Positions 1 through 10,831 of a stretch of DNA of 64,000 nt are shown piece by piece. Source of the stretch: Pirellulales bacterium (GTDB lineage: Bacteria; Planctomycetota; Planctomycetia; Pirellulales; JADZDJ01); contig OY970289.1 in the NCBI GenBank assembly GCA_963716135.1, positions 4,047,744-4,111,743 of the forward strand, written 5' to 3'. The stretch's first letter is position 1; each line of letters starts with the position of its first letter. A model generated the notes under the pieces. It searched no databases and was not told where the DNA came from. It saw nothing but the letters and a program-made list of their open reading frames with translations. Made by a program: the position numbers and the translations under genes.

Positions 1-259
1 CAGATAACGAATCGACTCCGCCGGCGGAGAAGCGGGGCTGAGGGTGGACACATTCTCCAACGGTCCACCCGCTGCGGCGGCAATTAAAAACAGATTGGGC
101 ATCTTGGGCCCCTTGGACGACGCCGCGGCGTCGCCGGTTGCTTCCATGACTCGCAAGCGGCCAGCTCTGATGCGCACCGCTCGTAGACGAACGTGCGATC
201 AATGTATACAAAGAAAGGCGATTTGGTAAAGCGCTTTTTGCACTTACTTCGATCCGCGA

Positions 260-1072
260 ATGCGTTTCACAGCAGTCGCCGGTGCGATGATGAATATCAG
301 CGGCCAGCGCGAGATTTTTGTGTGCCACGACGGCGCGGCGCTGGCGGCCGAGGCGGCCGGGCGAATCGTCGCCGCATCACAAGCCGCCATCCAAGCGCAC
401 GGACGATTCACGCTGGTTCTATCGGGTGGTTCGACGCCGGAGCAAACCTATACGCTCTTGGCGCGGCCCGATTGGAAAACGCGAATCGACTGGTCGCACA
501 CGTGGATTTTCTTCGGCGACGAACGCGCCGTGGCCCCGGCTCAAGCCAACAGCAACTATCGCATGGCGGCGCGCGCTCTCTTGGAGCCGGCGCACATCGA
601 TCCCAAGCACGTCCTGCGGATCCCGACCGACGTCGGCACGCCGGACGATTGCGCCCGGACGTACGAATCGCAACTGCGATCGTTTTTTGGCGCACACGAC
701 GAAACGGGCCAGTGGCCGCGGTTCGATCTTGTCTTGTTGGGCCTGGGCAACGATGGGCATACGGCATCGCTGTTCCCCGGCAAGCCGGCGCTGAAAGAAA
801 CGGTCAAATGGGCCGCCTGGAGCAAACCGGGAATTCTGCCGCCGCCGGTCGATCGGGTAACTCTGACGTTTCCCGTGCTGAATGCCGCCGGAGAGGTAAT
901 GTTCCTGGTATCGGGCGCAGGAAAAGCTACGATTGTGCATGCGATTCTCGAAGGAAACCCCGCGCTGGAAAAATATCCTGCCGCGGGAGTGCGGCCGACC
1001 AACGGGAAGTTGACTTGGCTATTGGACCAAGACTCGGCACGATTGTTAACGACCAAAACCGCTGAACCCTGA
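260..1072 (+). CDS. pgl: 6-phosphogluconolactonase
   Basis: 270-aa ORF with SGGSTP, FFGDER and GLGNDGHTASLFPG motifs typical of the Pgl/DevB family. It is the first gene of a pgl-zwf-gnd-glk string. The true start may be the internal MMNISG Met near 287. Confidence 0.9.
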   Translation: MRFTAVAGAMMNISGQREIFVCHDGAALAAEAAGRIVAASQAAIQAHGRFTLVLSGGSTPEQTYTLLARPDWKTRIDWSHTWIFFGDERAVAPAQANSNYRMAARALLEPAHIDPKHVLRIPTDVGTPDDCARTYESQLRSFFGAHDETGQWPRFDLVLLGLGNDGHTASLFPGKPALKETVKWAAWSKPGILPPPVDRVTLTFPVLNAAGEVMFLVSGAGKATIVHAILEGNPALEKYPAAGVRPTNGKLTWLLDQDSARLLTTKTAEP

Positions 1073-1082
1073 ACCCTCCACA

Positions 1083-2678
1083 ATGGCTTCACCACAAGTT
1101 ATTCGTGCACGAAGTCCCGCGCCGGCCAAGGCGCAAACCCTGATGGCGGCCGCCGCGGCCAAGGAGCCGCTGGCGCTGGTGCTGTTTGGCGCGACCGGCG
1201 ATTTGTCCGGCCGAAAAATATTGCCCGCGCTGTTTTCTCTCTGGCAGGAGAAGTATCTGCCGGAAAAAATGGCCGTGCTCGGAGTCGCGATCGACAAGCT
1301 CACGGACGATCAGTTCCGCGATCTGGCTCGCAAATCGATCAACGACCACGGCCGATTGAAGCCCGCCAACGATGACCAGTGGAATAAATTTGCCGCGATG
1401 CTTTCCTATCAGACCGTTGATTTTTCCGACGGCGCCAGTTTCGACAGCCTGGGCCAGCGGCTTGGCGCCTTGGAAAAAGAGCGCGGCCTGCCGGGCAATC
1501 GGATGTTCTATCTGGCCATTGCCCCGTCGTTTTTCGCGCCGGTGATCAAGCAGCTTTCAGATCACAAGCTGATTCATCGGCCCCGGCCCAATAAGCCCTG
1601 GTATCGCGTGGTGATCGAAAAGCCGTTCGGACACGATTTGACCAGCGCCCGGGCGCTGGATGCCGAGATTCACCTGTACCTGTTGGAAGATCAAATTTAT
1701 CGCATCGACCACTATTTAGGGAAAGAGACGGTGCTGAACCTGATGGCGTTCCGATTCGCCAACGCCATCTTCGAACCGCTGCTGAACTGCCAGTTTGTCG
1801 ATCACGTGCAAATTACCGTGGCCGAGACGGTCGGCATGGAAGGCCACCGCGGCAGTTACTACGATCATGCCGGCGCGATTCGCGACGTGATGCAAAATCA
1901 CGTGCTGCAATTGCTGGCCTACGCCGCCATGGATGCGCCGGGCGGTTTGAAAGGCGTGAACGTGCGCACGGAAAAGCTGCGCGTGCTGCGGAATTTGGTG
2001 CCAATCACGGCCAAGAACATCGATAAGTTCGTCGTGCGCGGGCAGTATTCCGCGGGCACGGTCGACGGTGAAAAGGTGCCCGCGTACCGCGATGAAATCG
2101 GCATCGCCAAGGATTCGAATACAGAAACTTATGTGGCCGTGCGCACGATGGTCGACTTGTGGCGCTGGGCCGGCGTGCCGTTTCTGCTGCGCACCGGCAA
2201 GCGATTGCCGAAACGGTCCACGGAGATCGCCATCCGCTTCAAGGATCGCCCGTTGCGGCGCACGCCCACGATGGAGGTGGAATTGGATGGCGTGGGGGCA
2301 ATTGCGCCGGAACCCAATGTGCTCGTGTTCCGTATCCAACCCGATGAAGGCATTAGCTTGTCGTTTGTCACCAAGCAGCCCGGCATGGGCTTTGCCATTC
2401 AGCCGGTGCGAATGGATTTCGATTACGAGCAATCGTTCCACGTCGGCTTGCCCGAGGCGTACGAGCGACTGGTGCTCGATGCGATCAAAGGCATCCCGCT
2501 GCTGTTCATGCGCACCGACGAAGTGGACGCCCAATGGGAATTCATCACGCCGATCATCGAAGCCTGGCAGCAACAACCGCCGCCGAAATTTCCAAATTAC
2601 GCAGCCGGCACGTGGGGACCTGCCGCGGCGGACCAGTTGGTTTCAGATTGCCAGGGAAAATGGCGCATTCCGGAGTAA
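1083..2678 (+). CDS. zwf: glucose-6-phosphate 1-dehydrogenase
   Basis: 531-aa ORF with the N-terminal FGATGDL NADP-binding motif and the RIDHYLGKE active-site signature. It lies 10 nt downstream of pgl. Confidence 0.95.
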   Translation: MASPQVIRARSPAPAKAQTLMAAAAAKEPLALVLFGATGDLSGRKILPALFSLWQEKYLPEKMAVLGVAIDKLTDDQFRDLARKSINDHGRLKPANDDQWNKFAAMLSYQTVDFSDGASFDSLGQRLGALEKERGLPGNRMFYLAIAPSFFAPVIKQLSDHKLIHRPRPNKPWYRVVIEKPFGHDLTSARALDAEIHLYLLEDQIYRIDHYLGKETVLNLMAFRFANAIFEPLLNCQFVDHVQITVAETVGMEGHRGSYYDHAGAIRDVMQNHVLQLLAYAAMDAPGGLKGVNVRTEKLRVLRNLVPITAKNIDKFVVRGQYSAGTVDGEKVPAYRDEIGIAKDSNTETYVAVRTMVDLWRWAGVPFLLRTGKRLPKRSTEIAIRFKDRPLRRTPTMEVELDGVGAIAPEPNVLVFRIQPDEGISLSFVTKQPGMGFAIQPVRMDFDYEQSFHVGLPEAYERLVLDAIKGIPLLFMRTDEVDAQWEFITPIIEAWQQQPPPKFPNYAAGTWGPAAADQLVSDCQGKWRIPE

Positions 2679-2728
2679 TTCATAAAGCCGCGACCTCTGG
2701 TCGCGGGAATCGCGAAGGAGCCTTCACA

Positions 2729-3741
2729 ATGCAACTGGGAATGATTGGTTTGGGTCGCATGGGCGCCAATATGGTGCGGCGGCTGATGAAGAACGGGCAT
2801 CAGTGTGTGGTCAACGATCACAATCCGGCAGCCGCCGAAGCGCTTGGCAAGGAAGGCGCAATCCCCGGCAAAACTCTCGACGAGTTTCTCGCTAAGCTCA
2901 CGAAACCTCGCGCGATTTGGATGATGGTCCCGGCCGGCGTGGTCGATAGTCTTTTGCGCGATCTCGTGCCGAAATTGGAAAAAGGCGACATCGTCATCGA
3001 TGGCGGCAACTCGTATTACATCGACGATATTCGCCGGGCCAAGGATGTGGCCGCCAAAGGAATTCGCTACCTCGACGTCGGCACCAGCGGCGGCGTGTGG
3101 GGCTTGGAGCGCGGCTACTGCATGATGATCGGAGGCCCCAAAGATGCCGTGCAACATCTGGATCCGATTTTCAAAACGCTTGCGCCCGGCATCGGCGATA
3201 TCGAACGCACGCCGGGACGCGAAAAACTTGGCGGCACTTCCGAGCTGGGCTATTTGCATTGCGGCGAAAGCGGGGCAGGGCACTTCGTGAAGATGGTTCA
3301 CAACGGCATCGAGTACGGACTGATGGCCGCGTACGCCGAAGGGCTGAATGTGCTCAAACACGCCAATGTCGGCAAACAGAAGCAGGCGACCGACGCCGAA
3401 ACCACTCCGCTGCGCAATCCCGAACACTATCAATACGACTTGAATCTGCCCGATATCGCCGAAGTATGGCGGCGCGGCAGCGTGATCGCCTCGTGGCTGT
3501 TGGATCTAACGGCGGCGGCCCTTGCCGGCGATGCGCAGTTGAAGCAGTTTGCCGGCCGAGTCTCCGATTCCGGCGAAGGGCGCTGGACCATTCAAGCGGC
3601 GATCGAGGAAGGCGCCCGGCGCCGGTGCTGAGCGCCGCCCTATACGAACGCTTCACGTCGCGCGGCGAAGCCGAGTTCGCCGACAAGCTGCTGTCCGCGA
3701 TGCGCTACGAGTTCGGCGGCCATCTGGAAAAGAAATCCTGA
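2729..3741 (+). CDS. gnd: 6-phosphogluconate dehydrogenase (decarboxylating, short Gnd-like form), interrupted by an apparent 1-nt frameshift near 3615
   Basis: ATG at 2729 is preceded by GAAGGAG. The product starts [15 protein letters not shown] (Rossmann GxGxxG). The C-terminal sequence [34 protein letters not shown] continues in another frame (ORF 3097..3741). Adding one C to the CCC run at 3615-3617 restores ...[14 protein letters not shown]... Confidence 0.85.
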
Positions 3742-3743
3742 CC

Positions 3744-4774
3744 ATGATTCTGGCCGGCGACATTGGCGGCACCTCGACGCGCTTGGCGCTGTTCGATGTC
3801 AAAAACGGGCAATTGTCGCCGCTGGTGGAGGCGAAGTATCACAGCCGCGAGCATCTTGGGCTGGATGAAATCGTCAAGACGTTTGTGGCGGCGCAGCCAT
3901 GCGACGGCCAGAAACTGCCGATTGAGCATGCCGCCTTCGGCATCGCGGGCGTGGTGCGCGAAGGACAAGTTCACACCGTGAATTTGCCTTGGATCGTGTC
4001 TGCCGCTCAGCTCTCGAAAGAATTGAAACTAAAAGAAGTTCACCTGCTGAACGATCTGGAGGCGAACGCACACGGCATTCCCGCGCTGGAACCGAACGAT
4101 TTCGTAACGCTCAACGCCGGCAAGCCCGACCCACAGGGAAACGCGGCAATCATTTCAGCCGGCACCGGGCTGGGCGAGGCGGGAATCTATTTCGACGGTC
4201 AACAGTTGCATCCCTTCGCCTGCGAAGGTGGGCACACCGATTTTGGCCCGCAAGACCAACTCGAAACGCAACTGCTGCTGCATCTGAAGGAGAAATTCGC
4301 CCAAGATAGCGACGGACACGTGAGCTACGAACGCCTGGTTTCCGGTCCGGGCTTGCACAACATCTACGAGTTTTTGCGCGACACCGGCCGCGGCAAGGAA
4401 ACGCCGCAAGTCGCCGCCGCGATGCAATCGGCCGATCCCGCGGCCGTCATTTCGCAAGCGGCGCTGGCCGGAACCTGCGCCTTTGCGTGCAAGCGATGGA
4501 CATGTTTGTTTCGATCTACGGCGCCGAAGCGGGCAATCTGGCCCTGAAGATGATGGCCACGCGGGGCATCTATATTGGCGGCGGAATTGCGCCCAGAATC
4601 ATCAGCAAGTTGAAAGAGCCGCGATTTCGAGAAGCATTCTGCGCCAAAGGCCGGCATCGCCCCGTGATGGAAATGATCCCGATCCGGGTCATTACGAACG
4701 ATCAAGCGGCCCTCCGCGGCGCGGCGCGGTTTGCCGCAGTTCGGGCCGGTCTGATTGCGCCGTGGAAGGGCTAG
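3744..4774 (+). CDS. glk: glucokinase, interrupted by an apparent 1-nt frameshift near 4480
   Basis: The product starts MILAGDIGGTSTRLALF (ROK/glucokinase ATP-binding motif). The C-terminal part, MDMFVSIYGAEAGNLALKMMATRGIYIGGGIAP, lies in ORF 4487..4774 in a different frame. The start is 2 nt after the gnd stop. Confidence 0.85.
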
Positions 4775-4935
4775 CGGTTTCCCGCAATTTGGCGTTCTCA
4801 CGCGGCCTTAGTCCCACTTGCTGGGGGACTTTCGAGCTAGGTTTCAGAGTGGCATCACTCCCGGGCCGCACGCCTTCCGATCGGGCTCAACAAGAAAGCC
4901 GATCCATTCCCGCCTCAATTCGCCGGAGCGCCATC

Positions 4936-5400
4936 ATGAGCGCAGCGCCCGTCAGTTTGCCGCGAACGTCGCCGGCTCCTTGCGGCGATCGAAAACTGTC
5001 AAAAGTGCCCAAGGTTTTGTGCATCGACGACGATCCTGCCGTCTCGGAATTCATGCAGGCGCACCTGAGCGACTACCGCGTGGAACTGCTTTCCGCGCGG
5101 TACGGAACACACGGCTACTGGGAAGCGCTGATGCACCGGCCCGACGTGATTATCACCGACCTGCGCATGCCGCAAGGTTCGGGCGATTACGTGGTGGAAT
5201 GCCTGAAGCGGAATTTGGCCACGCGGCACATCCCGGTGATTGTGCTTTCCGGGCGTGACGACCCGGCTTTGCAGCGTTATTTAGCAGTACTCGGCGTGGT
5301 GCGCTATTTCGTGAAACCAACACCGTTTTCCGAATTGTGCGAGGAACTAAAGCGGCATATTCCGTTGGAAGCGAATGACGAGGGGGTGAGGGACGAATAG
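4936..5400 (+). CDS. single-domain response regulator (CheY-like receiver)
   Basis: VLCIDDD ... VIITDLRMP ... VIVLSG ... YFVKP give the acidic pocket, phospho-acceptor Asp, conserved Ser and Lys. There is no output domain. Confidence 0.8.
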   Translation: MSAAPVSLPRTSPAPCGDRKLSKVPKVLCIDDDPAVSEFMQAHLSDYRVELLSARYGTHGYWEALMHRPDVIITDLRMPQGSGDYVVECLKRNLATRHIPVIVLSGRDDPALQRYLAVLGVVRYFVKPTPFSELCEELKRHIPLEANDEGVRDE

Positions 5401-5432
5401 CGAGAGACGAGCAAGGAAAGCTGAGAAGCATT

Positions 5433-5849
5433 ATGGCGAGCCACATACAAAACGCCCCCGATGCCAGCCATGCGACGAAGCGCGTGCTGGTCGTCGACGA
5501 TGATCGAGACATCGTCAGCGGACTGAGCGTGCGGCTCGAGGCGGCCGGCTACGAGGTGCATTCAGCCTTCGACGGCGCCAGCGGCTACGACACGGCCTTG
5601 GCCACCAAGCCCGACGCCATGATTTTGGACGTGCGGATGCCAAAGATGGACGGGTTGTCGATGCTGGCCAAGCTCCGCCAGCGGCCCGAGATGCGCACGA
5701 CGCCGGTGATCGTCCTGTCGGCCAGCCTCAGCGATCACCAGATGGCGTTGGACATGGGAGCCCGATACTTTTTGGACAAGCCGTGCGATCCGCGCACGTT
5801 GTTGACGGCGCTGCACTCGGTTTCGGAACGAGCCCCGGTTGTGGCATAG
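5433..5849 (+). CDS. single-domain response regulator (CheY-like receiver)
   Basis: 138 aa with VLVVDDDRD ... MILDVRMPKMDG ... VIVLSAS ... YFLDKP. Confidence 0.85.
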   Translation: MASHIQNAPDASHATKRVLVVDDDRDIVSGLSVRLEAAGYEVHSAFDGASGYDTALATKPDAMILDVRMPKMDGLSMLAKLRQRPEMRTTPVIVLSASLSDHQMALDMGARYFLDKPCDPRTLLTALHSVSERAPVVA

Positions 5850-5869
5850 ATCATCACCGCGAGGCAGCA

Positions 5870-6295
5870 ATGCTCTCCGGAAAATCTATTCTGATCGCCG
5901 ACGACGATCGACATCTGGTGTATCTTCTGGCGCTGCGATGCCGGCAGTTGGGTTTGGAAGTGCGCGAGGCGTACGACTGCGTGTCGGCGCTGACGCAAAT
6001 CCACGCCACGTGCCCCGACGTGGTGTGCCTCGACGTGAATCTGCCCGGCGGCAATGGACTGAGCCTTTGCGAAATGCTCTGCACCGACGATTCCGTCGCC
6101 GACATTCCGAAAATCATTCTCACCGGCCGCAGCGATCCCGACACGATCCGACGCTGCCACTCGATGTGCGCGTATTACGTAGAGAAAGCCAACGACGTCT
6201 GGGAACGGATGCGCCCGCTGCTGGTCGACGTGCTGACCCAGCCGGCGGGCAAGCCGCCGCGGCCGGCTCAATTGGATTTTTCGTGCAACGAGTAA
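5870..6295 (+). CDS. single-domain response regulator (CheY-like receiver)
   Basis: The internal Met at 5870 gives MLSGKSILIADDDRH ... VCLDVNLPGGNG ... ILTGRS ... YYVEKA. Confidence 0.8.
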   Translation: MLSGKSILIADDDRHLVYLLALRCRQLGLEVREAYDCVSALTQIHATCPDVVCLDVNLPGGNGLSLCEMLCTDDSVADIPKIILTGRSDPDTIRRCHSMCAYYVEKANDVWERMRPLLVDVLTQPAGKPPRPAQLDFSCNE

Positions 6296-7668
6296 TCGTG
6301 GAAAGTGATCTCTTTCACGTGGCGCTCGCCAGGCAGCGTTTCAACCTCCAGAAATCGATCGGGCAGATCGAATTTCCCCACGCGCTCCCACGTGTTCAGA
6401 TAGGTGCTGCTGCTTTTGATTTCGCCCGTTTTCGCGTCCCAAAACGTGGCGCTGAATGTGCGCGGCAGATATTTTCCTTCCTTGTTGCGCTCGGTCTCGA
6501 ACACGCTGATGGAAAACTTGTCCGGACCGACGCGGCGATTGACTTCCGTCACCATGTCGTCGCGGATGCGGTAAGAACTGTCATACTTGGCGTCGCCCAG
6601 GCGGATCAGGCGGCCTAAAGGATGGTTAACATCGTCGTCGGCCAGCGTTGGCTGTTCGTCTTCCGGCACCGACGGCATGCGGTGATCGACCAGCGAGCCG
6701 AGCTGCTCGTCGACCCAGTCACGCAGCTTTTCATCTTTGAGCTGCGAGGTTACCGTGCCGTGTTCGTCGACGCCGACTGTTCCCTTTTCCACCTTGTCGT
6801 CGATTCGCACGGTGACGCTGGCTGAGAAACCGGGAAAATGTTCCCATACGGCCCGATTGGCGCGACGCGGTTGAGCAAATCGACCGCGGCGGCATCCGGG
6901 GCTTTCTTCGCGGCCGGCGCGGTCTGCGGCGTCGAAGCATCGGCAACCGCCAGCGGTTCGCCGGCCGATTGCGGCAAGCGGAAGGTGAGCGTGGAATAAT
7001 GGCGCACCTCGTCATAGTGCTTGCCGTCGCGATCGCCGGGCTGCTTCTGCTGCGTGCGGGCGGAATGCGTAGTCACCAGTGGCAGGTTGATCGATCGTCG
7101 CCATTGCGGAGGAATCGAGCTTTAATTCGCGCTCTTCATTGCTGGGGAGAATAGCCAGCAACTGCGCGTCCGTGGCCGGTTTGCCGTCGAACATCACCGA
7201 GAGCGTAAGGGAATTGCCCTTCCAGTGCGGCCGCACTTGCAGCGCGAGCGCATCCGAAGCGCCGGCCGAGGCCAGGTCTTCGCCGCGATCGATCACCAAA
7301 TGGCGGGCGTCGTATTGCAGCAGGAAGGTTTCGCCACCGCGGGTAACGACGCCGTAATCGCACATGGCGTCGATCGAACAGGGGGATTTTGGCTCGATGG
7401 ACGACGACCAACTGCCCGTGTCCCCATTATCTTTTTTCTCCAGCGTCAGCGGCTGGGCAGTGCCGTTGGGCGTGGAAACCCAGGCTTTGGTCTGCGCCAC
7501 CTTATCGAGCAGCTTGGCTTCCCCCGGCGCACAGGTTTCCGAGAACCAGAGGTTGACCGTCGATGGCTTGTCGGCGGGAGACGCTTCGAGCCAGAGGAAA
7601 TGGGCCGCGGCGGAGCGGCAAACGAAGATTAGCGCGAACAGAAATGCAAATTTGATTATGTGTTTCAT
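6268..7668 (-). CDS. secreted DUF4198-like protein continuous with a C-terminal domain of unknown function (possibly DUF3386-like); two apparent frameshifts near 7072 and 6829
   Basis: Signal peptide MKHIIKFAFLFALIFVCRSAAAHFLWLE (the HFLW start is typical of DUF4198/NikM-like proteins). Reading continues through three listed ORFs (7012..7905, 6750..7076, 6268..6810) if one base is restored at each junction (...GDYAFRxRTQQKQPGDRDGKHYDEVRHYSTLTF... and ...NIFPGFSASVTVRIDDK...). Confidence 0.55.
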
Positions 7669-7926
7669 GATCGAGGTTTGGGGGTGGGGGAAAGTGGCGG
7701 GGCAACGAACGCACGCCCTCATTTTTGCAAAATCAGCTTGCCACTGCGAGTCAGCCGGAGGCGATAAATCTCCTCGCCGTGGCGAATCCAAATCTCTTTT
7801 TGGCCTGCGCAATAATTCGGCCGAGGAAATTTCGCGTCGGGTAGAAGCAGTGGCAGGCGGCGATCGCGGAGGTTCGTTGGTCATGGAACGGAGTGGGACA
7901 TTCAAGGGGTATATTGCCCGCTGGGC

Positions 7927-8853
7927 CTAGAAATCAGCTTTCGGTTCTCCATCGTTGCGGTTGGCAAGTTGTTTCAGGACTGCCAGATCGATGTTGTCGC
8001 GCAGCCGGCGGACGCTGCCGTCGACCATGGCAAAATTCACGCCGCCGGGGTGATCGCTGCGAAACGATTCATACTCGGCGGGAAAGCCATACGGATACGT
8101 CGCGATTTGCGTGGCATTCAGCGCCGCGGCGGCAGACCCCCACGTGATGCCGGGATAACCGACGGCCCAGCGCGTTTCGCCCCATTTCACAGGGTTGCCC
8201 GGCTTGCAGGCCGACCAGGTGTAATTCTTCAGACCGTAGTTCATTTCGCCGATCAGCAGAGTTTTGGAAGTGCCGTCGCCGGCGGCAATTTTGGGAATCG
8301 TGACAATGCCAAACTTGCAATGCACAATCGCGCCGTTTTGCGGCGGCAGCCCGGGAATGCTAAACGCACCGGAAAAGGAAATCTCCGAGCCAGTCGAAAC
8401 GGCGTAACTGCCCGGTGCGCGAACTTCCGCGCAACTCGGATCCGGATCGGGCACTTCGCGCGGCAGGTGCATGCTGGGGCAGAGATAGATCGGCATATGA
8501 ATGTTGGAAATCTGCTGGTTGGAATCGCCAAAGTCATATTTTTTCGAAACCGTAAACTGCGTGGCCGCGCCTCTTTCGTCGATAAACGGCAAAATAAGCA
8601 GGAACGTGCCGTTGAAATTGAATGCACTGGCGTTTTCGACCGCGGCCGCCGGCGGCAAGCGCTTGTTGCAGCCGTGATAAAGCTGCACCGCCAGCGCCTG
8701 CTGCTTGAGATTGTTCCGGCATACCGCGTCGCGCGCCGCCTCCCGCGCCGACTGGACGGCCGGCAACAAGATCGCCAGCAACACGCCCACGATGGCAATC
8801 ACGACCAACAGTTCGACCAGCGTGAAGGCCGCCCGGCATGTCCAGCGGCGCAT
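7927..8853 (-). CDS. DUF1559 (H-X9-DG) protein with prepilin-type N-terminal cleavage/methylation domain
   Basis: [32 protein letters not shown] at the N-terminus and [14 protein letters not shown] at the C-terminus. This is a hallmark planctomycete family. Confidence 0.85.
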   Translation of the reverse strand: MRRWTCRAAFTLVELLVVIAIVGVLLAILLPAVQSAREAARDAVCRNNLKQQALAVQLYHGCNKRLPPAAAVENASAFNFNGTFLLILPFIDERGAATQFTVSKKYDFGDSNQQISNIHMPIYLCPSMHLPREVPDPDPSCAEVRAPGSYAVSTGSEISFSGAFSIPGLPPQNGAIVHCKFGIVTIPKIAAGDGTSKTLLIGEMNYGLKNYTWSACKPGNPVKWGETRWAVGYPGITWGSAAAALNATQIATYPYGFPAEYESFRSDHPGGVNFAMVDGSVRRLRDNIDLAVLKQLANRNDGEPKADF

Positions 8854-8876
8854 CGGTCGAAAGCACGTTACGTTTA

Positions 8877-9746
8877 TCATATTTGCATTGCGCGATTCGA
8901 CATTTTCCGTCGATATCTGACGACCAACGCCAGTCCGCTCCCAAAAACCATCAGCCACAAGGTCGCGGGCTCAGGAACGGTGACCACTTGCAACAAGGGG
9001 CGATCGGACGACGAGCCGGTATAGGTTGGGTCGCCGGCGCTGGCGCCGAAAAACGTGGCGCCGACGCGGCGGCCAGTATCGGTGTCTTTCACTTCCAACT
9101 GCTGGATCAGCTCCAGGCCGTTGTTTGTGACATCGCCGCTCTTCCAGTCTTTGACCAATTGCGTGAGGTCGAACGAAATCGCGCCGCTGGTGCCGCTGAC
9201 CACCTGAGAGGCATAGGCCGAACCGCCGACCGACGGCTGCGTCGCCCACGTAACGCCCGATTCGGTCCAGGCGCCGGTGATCGCAAAAGCCTCGATTGTC
9301 ACCGGCCAACTGGCGCTGGGATCCTCGTAAAAACCCAAACCGGGCGTTGCCTGGAGCGTGAGCGTCGCGGAAACAATGTCGGAGTCGGTGTACGCGGACA
9401 GCGAAGAAAGATCGAATTGAAGCAACGCCACCGTGTTGTGAATGCTCGGCGACGTGGTCGTCTTCGATACTCCGAGAATATTCTTGTAGGGAGTCTGATC
9501 GCCAAGGTTCCCGAAGTTGAAAAACGCATCCGAAGGCGTGCCGACGAAGCCTTGATATAAAAAAGTGTCGGCGCTGGCGGTTTCGTCGGGCTGGATATTA
9601 ATGACGGAGGCATCGGCCGACGATGCCATCAGCACTACCAGCGACAAGGGGCCCAACACTGCCAACGAAAAACGGTGCACAACCAGGGGAACCGACTTCC
9701 GTAACACCTGGGAATTGTGGATGAACGACAGAGATGTCGATCGCAT
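8877..9746 (-). CDS. PEP-CTERM-anchored secreted protein (DNRLRE-like domain)
   Basis: Signal peptide, [10 protein letters not shown] ... VTWATQP core, and the C-terminal [33 protein letters not shown] sorting signal. Confidence 0.8.
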   Translation of the reverse strand: MRSTSLSFIHNSQVLRKSVPLVVHRFSLAVLGPLSLVVLMASSADASVINIQPDETASADTFLYQGFVGTPSDAFFNFGNLGDQTPYKNILGVSKTTTSPSIHNTVALLQFDLSSLSAYTDSDIVSATLTLQATPGLGFYEDPSASWPVTIEAFAITGAWTESGVTWATQPSVGGSAYASQVVSGTSGAISFDLTQLVKDWKSGDVTNNGLELIQQLEVKDTDTGRRVGATFFGASAGDPTYTGSSSDRPLLQVVTVPEPATLWLMVFGSGLALVVRYRRKMSNRAMQI

Positions 9747-9986
9747 GAATTTGTTCTCCCGCCCTAAGGGATCAAGCAACATCGACCGCGCGATTTGGCA
9801 CAATGCGAGTCGCGGAGGGCGAGTTTGGCGGGCGAGAGGGAAAACGGCTTACCCGTGGCAGGCTACACTCGCAATCGTACTTGAGACTGAGTCTCAATTG
9901 CAATCGGCTCATTCTAAACCTTTTCCACCTGCCGTCAAGTGCCGGGATCTCGGATCCTCGAAAAAAAACCGCCAGCGCTTCGGACG

Positions 9987-10565
9987 CTAGTTTACCGACG
10001 GATCGGGCGGCTCGTGCTTGAGCTTGATGCCGGCTAGGCGAGTCGTGGAAGTAACGTCGTGGCACAATTTGTCCCACAAATCGTCGCCGGGCCAAAAGAC
10101 ATATTCGCTCTTGGCGGGAGCAGGGAACCACGCCCCTTCGGCCAATTCCACTGCCAACTGACCGGAATTCCAGCCCGCATAGCCCGCATAGAAACGAGCT
10201 GCACTTTCCGGCTTAAGCACTAAGTGTTCGATCTTATCCTTGGCCGTGGCGAAAAATAGATTCGGCAACACTTCGTTTTCCGACAGAAATTCCTCGGTGT
10301 GAATGGCCATCAGCGGCCCCGCACAAGGCCCGCCGTGGTAAATGACGGCCTCCGTCGTGCAGGGAGTTTCGCTGACGTTTCCCCACACGTTCTTCAATAG
10401 CGTGGTGCTGGGGCGATTGAGGATCAAACCCAGGGCTCCTTCATCGCCGGAGCGCACCAACAGCACGACGGTGCGAAAAAAGTTCGGGTCGCCAAGCTTG
10501 GGCGAGGCCACGAGCAGATTGCCTTCGAGCGAGCTCATCTGCATTGAATCCAACGATGAATGCAA
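9987..10565 (-). CDS. YqgE/AlgH family protein (UPF0301)
   Basis: LEGNLLVASPKLGDPNFFRTVVLLVRSGDEGALGLILNRP matches the family N-terminal signature. Length is 192 aa. Confidence 0.85.
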   Translation of the reverse strand: MHSSLDSMQMSSLEGNLLVASPKLGDPNFFRTVVLLVRSGDEGALGLILNRPSTTLLKNVWGNVSETPCTTEAVIYHGGPCAGPLMAIHTEEFLSENEVLPNLFFATAKDKIEHLVLKPESAARFYAGYAGWNSGQLAVELAEGAWFPAPAKSEYVFWPGDDLWDKLCHDVTSTTRLAGIKLKHEPPDPSVN

Positions 10566-10831
10566 TCGAGCGGAAAGGCCATCGGATTACACGCGGAATC
10601 CAGCAATTGAGTATGCGATAGCGCAAGCCTTCAGGCAATGGGCTACGTAGAAACGCCAGGTGGCCACGCCATTGGAATCCGCCCAAATGCCGATTAGAAT
10701 GCATTTGTCGATCCGCGCCGCAATTCTGCGGGCGCACTGCGCCGGGTGGCCTTGGTCCTCCCAGTGAAGCCTGCGATTGGCTCGATTTGCGTAGTCTTAT
10801 TTGAGTCTTTTTTGATTGCGAGGAGCTTTGC

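Noticed and set aside
1-147. Possible 5' end of a minus-strand gene running off the window (MEATGDAAASSKGPKMPNLFLIAAAAGG...).
   Set aside because: Only 49 codons are visible, with no recognisable motif and no clear RBS. It was not reported as a feature.
1055-1080. Short CTGAACCC tandem and an AACCCTAA telomere-like string (also near 43325).
   Set aside because: These are only one or two copies. This is consistent with chance in intergenic DNA.
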